A stretch of DNA of 64,000 nt from an uncultured delta proteobacterium. GTDB taxonomy: Bacteria; Desulfobacterota; BSN033; UBA1163. Shown here in pieces: positions 51,502 through 63,036 of the stretch. The stretch spans positions 32,001 to 96,000 of the forward strand of contig CAVPSJ010000016.1 in the NCBI GenBank assembly GCA_963708295.1, written 5' to 3'. The notes beneath the pieces are model-generated. The model saw nothing but the letters and a program-made list of their open reading frames with translations, did no database searches and was not told the origin of the DNA. Position 1 is the first letter of the stretch. Each line of letters begins with the position of its first letter. A program made the translations under genes and the position numbers.

Positions 51502-51852
51502 ATGCCATTTTTTAAGTGGAGCGAGATGAAAGCGGATTATATCACCCCCAGTTATTCCCGCGCCCACGGACCGGCAATCAAAGGTGAGAAGATCGAGGTG
51601 GCCTTGATCCACTACCCGGCCGGAACGGTGGCGAAGCCTCACACTCACCCGAACGAGCAGGTCCAGGTCGTGATGAAAGGGAAGGCGAAATATCGGGTGG
51701 GGAAAGATGAGAAGGTTCTGGGGCCGGGAGAAGCGGTCCTCATCCCTGCAAACACCGAGCACGAGGTGGAGATTCTGGAGGATATGGAGGTCATTAACTG
51801 TAAGGATGCCGTTGCGGGATGGAGTGTCTATGACGCGCGGTGGGAAAAATAG
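51502..51852 (+). CDS. Cupin domain protein
   Basis: HTHPNEQ...IPANTEH; GAGGAGG upstream. Confidence 0.88.
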   Translation: MPFFKWSEMKADYITPSYSRAHGPAIKGEKIEVALIHYPAGTVAKPHTHPNEQVQVVMKGKAKYRVGKDEKVLGPGEAVLIPANTEHEVEILEDMEVINCKDAVAGWSVYDARWEK

Positions 51853-51896
51853 CCCGCTGTTGATTTTGCTCATTTCTTCGAAAGAAATCGGGGACG

Positions 51897-52736
51897 ATGG
51901 CGATGAAGGTAAAGATTGCTGCGATCCAAACGCAAACTTTTTTGGAAGCCGACGAACAGAAAAAGAATATTGAAAAGGCAAGAGATTACGTAGCGGAAGC
52001 GGCGAGGCAGGGTGCAAAATTCATCTGCTTTCCTGAGACCTATCCGGGACCTTGGAAAGCCCCACTGAGCTATTCTCCTGTCGCGCCGTTGGAAGAGATG
52101 GCCTCCAAGTTCGGCGTCTACATCGTCGCGGGCGCCAACTGGCCCGTTCCGGGAAAACCGGACAGAGGGTATTGTTCTGAAATCCTTATAGGTCCGGGCG
52201 GATTGATCGGTCGGTATAATCGGACCATTCCCAAAGGCCCATGGATATACAAGGGGGGCCGATTTTGGGATTTCGATTATCTCGAAGACAGTGAATTGCC
52301 CGTCTTCGACACCCCTTTCTGCAAGGTTGGCCTTCTCATCTGCAGTGAAGTCTATGTCCCCGAGTTATCGCGCCTTCTTGCTTTAAAAGGGGCGGAGATC
52401 ATCTTTTTGCCGGCAGGGGTCTGCAAATACGAGCTTCACGAGACCTGGCGGAACCTCATCTGGTCAAGAGCGATCGAAAACCTCGCCTACACGGTGACAT
52501 GCCAGAATATTCTGGGGGCGGAGCATGGGCTTGCCATGATCTGTAGCCCCGAAGAGATCGTGGTCGAATCGAAGAAGCCCGGCATCTTTATGGCTGAGTG
52601 TGACATCGACCGAATTCGCTGGCTGAGAGACGAACGAGATCTGTACGGACCGCCCATGCCGTGGAGGACGAAACCGGGCGTTTTGCGTGACTGGCGCCGT
52701 CCCGAGCTGTTCCGAAAGAATTTTCCGGATTGGTGA
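51897..52736 (+). CDS. Carbon-nitrogen hydrolase (nitrilase superfamily)
   Basis: FPE, LICSE, LALKGAEIIFLP and RAIEN. Confidence 0.88.
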   Translation: MAMKVKIAAIQTQTFLEADEQKKNIEKARDYVAEAARQGAKFICFPETYPGPWKAPLSYSPVAPLEEMASKFGVYIVAGANWPVPGKPDRGYCSEILIGPGGLIGRYNRTIPKGPWIYKGGRFWDFDYLEDSELPVFDTPFCKVGLLICSEVYVPELSRLLALKGAEIIFLPAGVCKYELHETWRNLIWSRAIENLAYTVTCQNILGAEHGLAMICSPEEIVVESKKPGIFMAECDIDRIRWLRDERDLYGPPMPWRTKPGVLRDWRRPELFRKNFPDW

Positions 52737-52848
52737 CAGGCATCCGCAAGAATGAAAGAGAATGAAATAGGTGTTGACCTTGGCGGACAAGGATGATAGA
52801 AGAAAAGATCTTCTTGCGGCTGGAGACTTCCGTCAAGGAGAAGCACGG

Positions 52849-52958
52849 CTGACCGGAGAGTACCCCGCAATCCCCCCCCTTCAGGGTGGGGCAAGGGGTA
52901 CAATATAAAAGAAACTACCATGCCGGAAAGCTCCGCCCTAAAGGGCGGAGAGCTTTAA
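52849..52958 (+). mobile_element. IS200/IS605-like palindromic element, copy 3 (divergent)
   Basis: CTGACCGGAGAGTACCCC...GGGGTAC...GAAAGCTCCGCCCTAAAGGGCGGAGAGCTTTAA. Confidence 0.5.
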
Positions 52959-52981
52959 TTTTACGATAAGAAAGGAGAGCA

Positions 52982-53953
52982 ATGATGAGAAATCGGACAG
53001 GGATAGGATCTTTAGCTATTTTCTTAGGCCTCATGATGTTGGCTCTTGGGTCTCAGTTCGTGCAGGCTCAAGAATACCCTACGAAACCAGTGGCGCTGAT
53101 CATCCCTTTTGGTGCGGGAGGATCTCATGACCTGACGGCTCGTGCCGTGACCAGTGTCGGCGCAGATCATCTGGGGCAGCCCGTACTCGTTCAACTCAAG
53201 CCCGGTGGCGGGGGAGCCATCGCATCGGATTTTGTAGTCAAGGCGGCGCCGGATGGTTATACGTTGCTTTTTGGCGGGTCAGGGCCGAATACCACTCTGC
53301 CGGCGATTGAGGGCAGGTCGAAAGGTCCTGACGATTTTGTGGCAGTGTGTCGCGTGAATTACAGCCCTGCGGTTATCATCGCTCGAGCGGATGCACCCTA
53401 TAAGACGTTTAAGGAAATGCTGGCATGGGCCAAGGCCAATCCCGGCAAACTCGTCTTCGGAAATACAGGACCCTGGGGAGCAGGCGATCTTTCCTGGAAG
53501 ATGATTATCAAAGAGACCGGCATCGAGACAAAGAACGTTCCCTATGATGGAGGCGGCCCGGCCTTGATGGCGCTTCTGGGCGGCCACGTGGATGTCTCCG
53601 GTCTCTTCTCAGCCCAGACGCTCCCCCATATCCAGGCAGGAAAGCTGAGGGCACTGGCGGTCACGGATACTCAGCGGGATCCTGCCATGAAGGATGTGCC
53701 GACATGTAGGGAGGCGGGGGCAAATATGGTGTATCTTATGTGGAGAGGTGTGGTTGCTCCAAAGGGGACGCCTCGTGCGGTGGTGGACAAACTGGCCGCA
53801 GCTTTCAAGAATATGACCGAAGACAAGTCGGTCGTTCCCATGATCAAGAAACTGGGTGATGAGATCAACTATCTGGGGCCCGATGAATTTGCCAAGTTCT
53901 GGCGGGAGGAGTTTGAGACTCAAAAAGAACTCGGTAAGATGTTCAAGAAATGA
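52982..53953 (+). CDS. Tripartite tricarboxylate transporter substrate-binding protein (Bug/TctC)
   Basis: Signal peptide, YPTKPV..IIPFGAGGSHD, PGGGG, PDGYTL, PYDGGG and WRG..APKGTP. Confidence 0.92.
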   Translation: MMRNRTGIGSLAIFLGLMMLALGSQFVQAQEYPTKPVALIIPFGAGGSHDLTARAVTSVGADHLGQPVLVQLKPGGGGAIASDFVVKAAPDGYTLLFGGSGPNTTLPAIEGRSKGPDDFVAVCRVNYSPAVIIARADAPYKTFKEMLAWAKANPGKLVFGNTGPWGAGDLSWKMIIKETGIETKNVPYDGGGPALMALLGGHVDVSGLFSAQTLPHIQAGKLRALAVTDTQRDPAMKDVPTCREAGANMVYLMWRGVVAPKGTPRAVVDKLAAAFKNMTEDKSVVPMIKKLGDEINYLGPDEFAKFWREEFETQKELGKMFKK

Positions 53954-53963
53954 GAGGAGGTAT

Positions 53964-54094
53964 AAGCACCAAATCCCAAACACCAATAATCAAATAATGT
54001 AAATCCCAATCACCAAAATTCAAGAAAAATAGGGTTTCTTGGTTATTGGAGTTTGATGCTTGGATATTATTTGAAATTTGGTTATTGGAATTTG
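53964..54094. repeat. Inverted arrays of degenerate 7-mers (CCAAAT-type / ATTTGG-type)
   Basis: AAGCACCAAATCCCAAACACCAATAATCAAAT ... TTGGTTATTGGAGTTTG...ATTTGGTTATTGGAATTTG foldback; a similar CGAAAT/TTTCG array lies at 12276-12420. Confidence 0.55.
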
Positions 54095-54160
54095 ACTCGT
54101 AAGGGCCGCCGAAGGCAGGTTCTTTTTCAAATCGCGAATTTCTTGTGAGAGGAGTATTTC

Positions 54161-55176
54161 ATGAAGCATGATGCCATCGACATTCATACCCATGTTGAGT
54201 TTGCCGGTACCATGGACATTTTGAAGAAGACGATATACGGAAGAGGAGATCTTCGACCGTTTCACTTCTTCCGTTTCGGGTCGTCATTCGGCAGAACTCA
54301 ACAAAGAGCATCGTTGCGGGTATCCGGGATGCGTTGCGGGATCCTCAGAAGAAGATTCGCGACATGGATGAGAAAGGGATGGAAGTCTACATTCTCTCTT
54401 CGACCCCTTTCTCTTTCTTTTATGAAGTGGAGAACGACCTGGCCGTGGAGCTGGCCCGATACCACAATGACCAGCTTTCGGAGATGGTCAAGAAACATCC
54501 TGATCGCTTTGCAGCCGTGGCCACCCTTCCGCTGCAGGTCCCGGACGAAGCCGTGAAGGAGCTGGAGAGGGCGGTCAAAAAGCTGGGCCTTCGGGGTGTT
54601 GAAATCGGTTCGAATGTAGCCAAGCGGGAGTTGGGAGATGAAACCTTTTGGCCCATCTATAAGGCGCTGGAGGACCTGGGTGTGCCCATGTTCATCCATC
54701 CCCACCATGTCGCCGGGCTGGACCGGCTGATGGATTTTTATCTCAACAATCTTATCGGAAATCCTCTGGATACGACCATTGCCGCAACCCGGCTGATCTT
54801 CAGCGGGACGCTCGAGAAATTTCCTAAACTCAAGGTTGTCCTGGCCCACGGCGGCGGTCAATTTCCTTTCATCTTCGGAAGGATCGAGCATGGATACAAG
54901 GTCCGGCCGGAGCCAAAGGAGAAGGTTCATCAGCCTCCGCGGGCATTTTTGAAAAATCTCTATTTTGACACGATCACCCACAATCCCGACGCTCTCCGGT
55001 ATCTCATCGCCTTCGCCGGAAGCGATCATGTCCTCTTGGGGAGTGATTATCCTTACGATATGGGAGATCCGAATCCTGTCCAAACCGTTTCCAAACTTTC
55101 AGGGATCAAGGCAGCAGACCGGCGAAAGATCATGCGGGAGAATGCGATCGCGCTCTTTGGGTTGAAGGCTTCGTAG
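54161..55176 (+). CDS. Amidohydrolase_2 family (ACMSD-like decarboxylase/hydratase), frameshifted near 54250-54340
   Basis: IDIHTH, FIHPH, LAHGGG, LYFDT and LGSDYPYDMG. Confidence 0.85.
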
Positions 55177-55284
55177 CCTCCGTCAGTTCTAAGTTCTTTC
55201 CCTTATCGTCGCATTCAATCGGCAACCATGCGGCTCTAAACTATAAGACTCTCAAACTAGAGACTTACCTTGGCAGACATTGTC

Positions 55285-55415
55285 AAACTAATACAAACGC
55301 AATAAATCTTATGACAATCAGCGAAATCGCCCCTCACCCCATCCCTCTCCACAGCGGGGAGAGGGGAGGGTGAGGGGGCTTCATGTCAAAAAAATAACTG
55401 CGTTTGTATTAGTTT
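55285..55415. repeat. Nested palindromic element with 17-bp perfect terminal inverted repeat
   Basis: AAACTAATACAAACGCA / TGCGTTTGTATTAGTTT flank CCCCTCACCC..CTCTCC..GGAGAG..GGGTGAGGGG. Confidence 0.65.
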
Positions 55416-55497
55416 CTGACCTCCGCCTCCATTAGGGTGAATATATGGTTATCGTATCATAGCTTTTTTGAGGTATCGAAGGGTGCGGATTTATAGC

Positions 55498-55655
55498 GAG
55501 ACTGTAGGAAAAGTCCCTGAGCAGATTCTCGGGGAGATGCAGAAAAACATGACCACACAGAATGCGCCACAATCAACGATCTCACGATGATGAAGGATCA
55601 TGAGACCCCCCCCAAAACACCCGTTAACTCTACTGAAGGGTTTTTCGACAGTCTC
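55498..55655. mobile_element. MITE with GAGACTGT terminal inverted repeats (IS1182/IS5-like ends)
   Basis: GAGACTGTAGGAAAA ... TTTTTCGACAGTCTC, flanked on both sides by AGC. Confidence 0.6.
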
Positions 55656-55721
55656 AGCAGATAGTGAACCCTTTAGATCCTCCACGGGTGTTTTAAAGTT
55701 TGGTAGATCTCTGGCAAATGT

Positions 55722-57016
55722 TTACTTGAGGAACCACGATGCACGAATGATCGTTCCTTTTCCCTTGGTCGATTCGATGGCAAAAGAACCCCCCGAAAGC
55801 TCGATTCGTTCCCTCATGCTCGTAAGACCTAATCCCCGCTTCGTGCTATCCGAATCGAGCACTTTTTTCAGATCGAAACCCCGACCATTGTCTTCGAGAA
55901 CAAGTTCAATTCTCCCGTCCATCTTTCGCAAAGACAAATGGACAACATCTGCTTTGCTGTGCTTGGCGATGTTGTTCGTCGCTTCCTGCAAGACTCTGAA
56001 GATTGCTATCTTCAAGGGATCAACCACTTCATCTTCTTGGATATCGATCTCCTGTCTGATACGGATATGCGCATACGTTGATTCAAATTGTCGGCAGAAC
56101 CACTCGATGGTTGCCAAGATCCCAAGATCGTCCAGCATGGAAGGTCTTAGAGCCATCTGGATTCTTCGGGTTTCTTGAATTGTTTCCTGAAGGATGGGGA
56201 TCATACTCTCCACGGAGGCTCTTGTTGGGGATTGCTGTCTCCTACTTGCCCCAGTATATCTTCCACCTTGAATTTAGTGGCAGCCAGGGATGATCCGATA
56301 CTGTCGTGGATTTCCTGGGCAACCCGTCTTCTTTCTTTTTCCTGGGCAGTGAGGAGTTCCGTAGAGAGATGCCGAAGGTAACTTTCTGACTCCCGCAACT
56401 TATTTTCTATCTTTTGACGCTTATCAATCTCGGTCTTCAATTCTTCGTTAATTACCTCCAATTCCTGAGTTCGTTGATGAACACGAGTCTCCAACTCGTC
56501 ACGGCATTTTCTGAGTTCCTCCTCCATTTGCTTATGCCTGCTGATGTCGCGCACGACACTCACCACGAAGATGTCTTTCTCAATTTCCAACGGTCCAAGG
56601 GATATATCTAAGGGAAACTCGCTTCCGTCCTTCCTTCTGCCATATAGTTCCAACCCCATACCCATAGGACGGACATGAGGTTTATCAAAATAACTCTGCC
56701 GATGTTCTATATGCCTTTGCCTGAAGCGTTCCGGCATTAAAATCTCAACCGGCTTGTCGAGCATTTCATCTCGCCCGTAACCGAAAAGTCTTTCCGCCTG
56801 TGCGTTAACTTGAACGAGGTGTCCGTCACGGTTAACGACCACTATAGCATCGGGAGCAAATTCGAAGAGACCATGGTACATCGCCTTGGTTCTAACGAGT
56901 TCCTCGTAGGTCTTCTCGTGCTGATCCTTGATTTTTTCCAGCTCATTAATACGCTGACGCAATTTTATTAAATCGTTAATGAGCTGTTCCTTTGTCAGAT
57001 CTTCGTAGGTTGCCAT
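55722..57016 (-). CDS. PAS sensor histidine kinase, NarX/HisKA_3 type (frameshift near 56210)
   Basis: PAS (APDAIVVVN...RRKDGSEFP), ERRRVAQEIHDSIG, LRPSMLDDLG, DNGRGF and GLGLTSMRER. Confidence 0.88.
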
Positions 57017-57521
57017 TTGCCCTTTCTATATCTTGAGATATCGATTCGGGCCGTGGGTTTTCAATCCATGACCCTTCATTTTTAACCATTCGGGTCATTA
57101 TAACCTGAATCCAGCGATAAAGAAAAAAAGGTACTTATTTAAAGTGAGCTATCGGCAGCATGGAGATGTCAAAGGAGAACTTCTGCTTTCACTCTGTGAT
57201 TCCTTTATTCACATGGGTATTTATAAGAAGAAACAAAAAAGGCAGCAATGAAGAATTCTAAGCGGTGAGTATCTTACCAATACAAATTGCCGGGGGAAAA
57301 TAAGGCAATACAAACCTCTGATCGTAGTGAATCGTTCTTACCCAAGGTACGGGATTTTTTAAAGAAAAATACATGCATCACCGTATTGATTCGTTTCGTA
57401 GAGGTGGTAGCTTGAAAATAGGCTCTAAAAGGCGTGAACTGTGAACCGAGGCTATTTTCAAAAGGGCAAAACCGCTGGAGCTGGATGGGGGCGTTCTTAT
57501 GGAGAAAGAGAGAAGAAAAAA

Positions 57522-60500
57522 ATGAAAGAGAAAAAGGACCGGTCCTCATCCTCTGCGGCCCTTGCCAGAGGTTCACAGCCAAATTCACCTGTGAGAAGGA
57601 CTCCCGGGACTGCGAAGATTAGCTCCAGAACGTCTCCTGCCAAACCCAAATCGAAGACAAACACCTCTTCAAAATCACCTGAGAAAGAGCTCCCGAAATC
57701 CAAATCGTTCATGATCGTTGGCATTGGCGCGTCTGCCGGTGGATTAGAGGCATTTGCTCAACTTCTCCGAAACCTCCCTGCCAATACCGGTATGGCCTTT
57801 GTGCTGGTCCAACATCTCGATCCGAAGCATGAGAGCGTGTTGACCGAACTTCTCTCCCGGAGAACGAATATCCCGGTCAACGAGGTAAAGGACGGGATGG
57901 CAGTGGAACCCGACCGTGTCTACGTCATGCCGCCCAACACGGATATGACCATTTCAGACGGGGTCCTGGGCCTGAGGCCCCGCACCGAGGTGCGCGGGCA
58001 TCATATGCCGATCGACCATTTTTTCCACTCCCTGGCGGAAGATCAAAAGGAGAATGCAATCGGGGTGATCCTGTCGGGAACGGCTTCGGATGGCGCGCTG
58101 GGACTCAGGGCAATCAAGGCAGAAGGAGGCATTACCTTTGCCCAGGACGAAAAATCGGCCAAATACGGCGGCATGCCGCATAGCGCCGTTGTGGCCGGTG
58201 CTGTCGATTTAGTTCTGCCCCCGGAGGGGATTGCAAAGGAGCTGGTCAGAATCAGCCGTCATCCTTATCCCCGGGCCTATCTTCCGGGCAGAGCCGTGAC
58301 ACTGGCGAAGACTATAGAGGCAGAAGACTCCTTTCCCAAAAATGGGAATGATCTTGGCAAGATTCTCACCCTCCTTGAGTCCTCCAGCGGCGTGAATTTT
58401 ACATATTACAAGCCTTCGACGCTCAAACGGCGGATCCTGCGGCGCATGGCTATTTGCAAAATGAAAGACATGAAAGATTACAGCAAGCATCTTCAGGAAA
58501 ACCCTGCTGAATTGGAAGCCCTGTACCATGACGTTCTGATCAATGTGACCGGCTTTTTCCGGGATCCTGAAACATTTGAAGCCCTGAAGGCAAAGGTCTT
58601 TCCCGAGATCACAAAAAATCGAGGACCGCAGACGCCGATCCGGGTATGGGTGCCTGGATGTTCCACCGGCGAGGAGGCCTACTCGCTCGCCATCTCCCTG
58701 GTTGAGTTCCTGGGGAAAAAAGCCACGAATATCCCCATCCAGATCTTTGCCACGGATCTCAGTGACGAGGTCATCAATAAAGCCCGCTCCGGCAGATACC
58801 CGGAGAACATTGCACAGGATCTCTCTCCGGAACGTCTGGAGCGCTTCTTTGTCAAGGTGGATGGCAGCTATCAGGTCAGCAAATCCATCCGGGAGATGTG
58901 CGTCTTTGCCAAGCATGACCTGACCCGGGACCCCCCTTTCTCGAATCTCGATCTCATCAGTTGCCGTAATGTGCTGATCTATATGGGGCCGGTTCTGCAG
59001 AAACGGGCCATGAGGGTTTTTCACTACGCCCTCAAACCGACCGGATTTCTCCTGCTTGGGAAGTCGGAGGCGATCGGCAGGTTCCCGGATCTCTTTGCCT
59101 CTGTGGACAGAAAATATAGGATCTATTCCAAGAAGCCGAGCTCAACCCGGCTTGACCTCGACCTTCCCAGTGCGATGTCCGGCTTCAAGAAGACCGATAT
59201 CAGCCGCGAAACGGGTGAGGCAGGATTCGATTTCAAGAAAGAGGCTGAGCGCATCCTCCTGTCGAAAGCCCCTGCCGGTGTCGTCGTCAATGACCGCCTG
59301 GAAATCCTTCACTTCCAGGGACAGACCGGCCTTTATCTTGAGCATTCACCGGGAGACGCGAGCTTTAACCTTCTAAAGATGGCCCGAGAGGGTATACGGC
59401 TGCCGCTGCGCACGGCGATCCACGAGGCGAAGAAGCAGGCTGCCCCTGTGAGGAATGAGGGTTTACAGGTCAAATTCAACGGTCAATTCAGAGAGGTAAA
59501 TCTGGAGGTCATCCCGCTCAAGGCCCCTCACCCGGGTGAAGGCTACTATCTGATCCTGTTTGAGGATCGCACCGCCCGCCCTACGCGTGAGCCCGGGACA
59601 AGAGCACTCCCTCATGCGAGAGGCAAGGTAAGGCCGGGACAGGCAAAGAGGAGGAGAAGAAAATGCCGAAGTCGCCCGATTGGAAGAGGAGCTTGAGGCA
59701 ACGAAGAAACATCTCCAGTCGATTATTGAGGAGTCCGATACCCTGAACGAGGAGATGAGGGCTGCCAATGAGGAGGTTCTGTCGAGCAACGAGGAGCTCC
59801 AAAGCCTCAACGAGGAACTGGAAACATCCAAAGAAGAACTTGAGTCGGCCAATGAGGAGCTGACGACGCTCAACGATGAGCTGCAAAACCGGAATATGGC
59901 ACTGGACCAGCTCAATAACGACATGATCAATCTGCTTACGAGCGTCAATCTCCCTGTCATCATGTTAGGAAGCGATCTTCGCATCCGACGTTTCACCCCG
60001 GTTGCAGAGAAATTGCTCAACATAGCGGCTACCGATGTAGGGCGTTCCATCCTTCACATCCGGCTCGGTATGAACGTCCCCGACTTGGAGACATCGATTC
60101 TGGAGGTCGTTAACACAGGCGCCACCAAAGAAGAAGAGGTTCAGGACCGGGAGGGTGTCTGGTATTCCATGCGGATAAGGCCCTACAGGACTCTGGAAAA
60201 CAGGATTGACGGTGCCGTTCTGACATGGGTTGATATCAATGCGCTCAAACGGAGCCTGGAGCAGATAAAAGAGTCGCGTGATTACGCTGAAGCGATCGTG
60301 GAGACGGTTCGGGAACCTCTCATCGTCCTGGACGGGGACCTGCGTGTGAAGACGGCGAACCGCTCTTTTTACCAGATATTCCAGACCTCGCCCGAGGAGA
60401 CAGAAGGCCGTCTGATTTACGAACTCGGCAACCGGCAGTGGGAAATGCCGGAACTCAGAAAACTGCTGGAGGAGATTCTCCCCAAGAACACTTCATTCAA

Positions 60501-61341
60501 GGACTTTGAGGTTGAACATGATTTTCCTGCGATCGGGCGCAGGATCATGCTGCTTAATGCCAGACGCATCGCTCAAAGGGGCAACGGGACGCAGATGATC
60601 CTTCTTGCCATGGAGGATGTCACAGAGCGTAAGCAGATGGAGAAAATATTGAGGGATTCTTTAGAGGATTCCCGGCATGTCTCCTCCCGGGCTCTGGAAG
60701 TACATGAAAGAGAAAGAAAACGGGTGGCCCATGACATCCACGACGGCATCGGGCAATCTTTGCTAACTGCCAAAATGAAGGTACACGATGCTCTGCAACA
60801 GGCCTTCGGATCCAACTCCGAACCAGGATCCAGGATCTCTGAAACCATCGACGCAATTCTTCAAGAAAACATCGCCGAAATCCGAAGGCTCTACATGGGA
60901 CTGCGACCCGCCACCCTCGATGATCTGGGTATTCTGCCGACCATTACGTGGTTCTGCCGGGAGTTCCAGAGCACTTATCCCGGCATTCGCCTCGAAACAG
61001 AAATCGAGATAGAAGAAGAAAAAGTCCATCCTCTTCTAAAAACAACAATCTACAGAGTCATGCAGGAAGCATTGAAAAACGTTGCAGAGCACAGCAAGGC
61101 AGATCTTGTCCATCTTTCATTGAGCAATATCGGCGATAAGGTCCAATTGATTATTAAGGATAACGGTCAGGGCTTCAATGTCGAGGAAGTCCTTTCTGCC
61201 GAAAGTCCCAAAAGGGGATTCGGCCTTACCAGCATGAGAGAGAGGACTGAGATTTCGGGTGGAGTTTTTGCCGTTGAGTCGGTCAAAGGGAAAGGGACTA
61301 CCATCACGGCTTCATGGAAAGCCACAACTGCGCCGCAATAG
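57522..61341 (+). CDS. CheB/CheR fusion with PAS domains and HisKA_3 kinase (frameshift near 59660)
   Basis: GASAGG/VQHL/SDG (CheB), VWVPGCSTGEEAYS and SCRNVLIY (CheR), NEELQSLNEELETSKEEL coiled coil, PAS, HDIHDGIGQ and DNGQGF. Confidence 0.88.
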
Positions 61342-61727
61342 CCGAGATCATTCTACCCCTATGATGATCTGGGCGTCCAAGGAGTCTAATGGGATCTGCT
61401 ACCACCAAATGGTCCAAAGCAGAACCGATCCGTCCAAATACCCCTGCGGTTCGCAATCTGATTCATCAATACCATGAGGGCAGTCATCATCCGTACGGTT
61501 CTTTCACAAATTTCGTGGGTGACACACGCTCTTACCCATAGTCACCTTTGCAATATTATTGAGAACTGGATAGCAGAATCTTCAAAGGAACCGTCATAGA
61601 GTTTTGGCGATAGATCGCCCGGCGCTGCCATTATCTTTGTGTTTTAGCCGGCCCAGTACACCCACCTGCCTCCTGTATAGTCTTTTATCCAAGGGTGTGG
61701 TTTATTGAACTGGCAAGGTTAACTTCT

Positions 61728-63036
61728 TCAGCGGTTCTCTTTTCGCTGGCGAAAGAGTACGTGTTCGAGGAGCAGGGAAAAGAGGATGCCCATCACCAGG
61801 CTATTTCCGACCAGGGACGCGATGACGTTCGGAAAGAGCTGAAAGAATGGCTTGGGGATGATGGAAATCATCGCCCCCATGAGGATTGGAATCCCTACGG
61901 TGAAATAGTCCCTCCGTTCGATCGCTCCCTTTCCCCGAGAGCATCACATTAATACCCACCAGGAGCTGAGAGGAGAGAGCAACGAAAAGGACGGAACCGA
62001 TCACGGAAGGTGGAATTGCGGTAAGAACGGCCCATAGCTTGGGAATAAAAGCACAGACGATCATGATTGCTCCGCTCATGGTGAGCACATAACGACTGGC
62101 CACTCGCGTCACCAGGACGATTCCCGGACTGATGGAAAGGCTCACGAGGCCTGCGACTCCCAAAATTCCTGCGATCACCCCCCCGACACCGTTCATGCCG
62201 ATGCCTCGATGGATCCGATCTTCCAGACCTTCTGTTCCGACCACTTCGGAGATTCCCTGGATACTTCCCAACGAGTTTGCCGTAACCGCCAAATAGGTGC
62301 AGACGATGGCCAGGATTGCCGGTAAGGAGAAGCTTGGCCATACTCCTAAGAAAGGCGACGGCAGGGCGAACCAGCTTGACTGGCCGATCAGACTAAATGA
62401 AATTCTTCCCTGAAGAAGAAAAAGGACCAGGCCGAATAAGATCCCGGCCAGCATGGAGGTGGTTTGCAGGAATCCTCGTAACCGGTGGGACATGAAGGCA
62501 ACGAGGAGGATGATGAGAAGAGAAATTCCAAAAACACTCAGCTCTCCATTGGGAGAAGCCTTGTTGATGCCGATGAGCAAGGGGGAGATGAAAGAGAGCA
62601 GGGTGAGCGCCACCAGGATTAAGATCACCCCCACCACATGAGGCGTAAAGAGAGACGAAAGCCATTTAAGCCATTTAAATACTCCGATGAGTATCAGAAA
62701 AAGGCCTCCGAAAATCATCCCGCCCTCGATCACAGGAAGCCCGCCTTGAGGAGCCAAAACCAAAAACGTTACCAAAATGGCCGAGGAGGGTCCTTCCAGC
62801 ACAGGGTACCGGTGACCGATCAAGCTCTGAAGCATGGTCATCAGACCTGCAGCGATCAGCAGACGTTGCGAGAAGCTGATCTGGCCTGCGGGATCAAGCC
62901 CCAGGGCCACCCCGCAGAGGGTAGAGAAAAAGACCACCGTTGGAATGGACGTCATGACCCATTGAAGGCCATAAATTAGATTCTTATGGAAAGGCGGCCT
63001 TTCATTCAATTGATAAAGGAAGGTTTCTTGTCCCAA
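61728..63036 (-). CDS. NCS2-family nucleobase (xanthine/uracil) permease, frameshift near 61925
   Basis: YGLQW, LQSLIGHRYP, FTPHVVG, TRVASRY and IPPSVIG; multiple TM segments. Confidence 0.85.
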
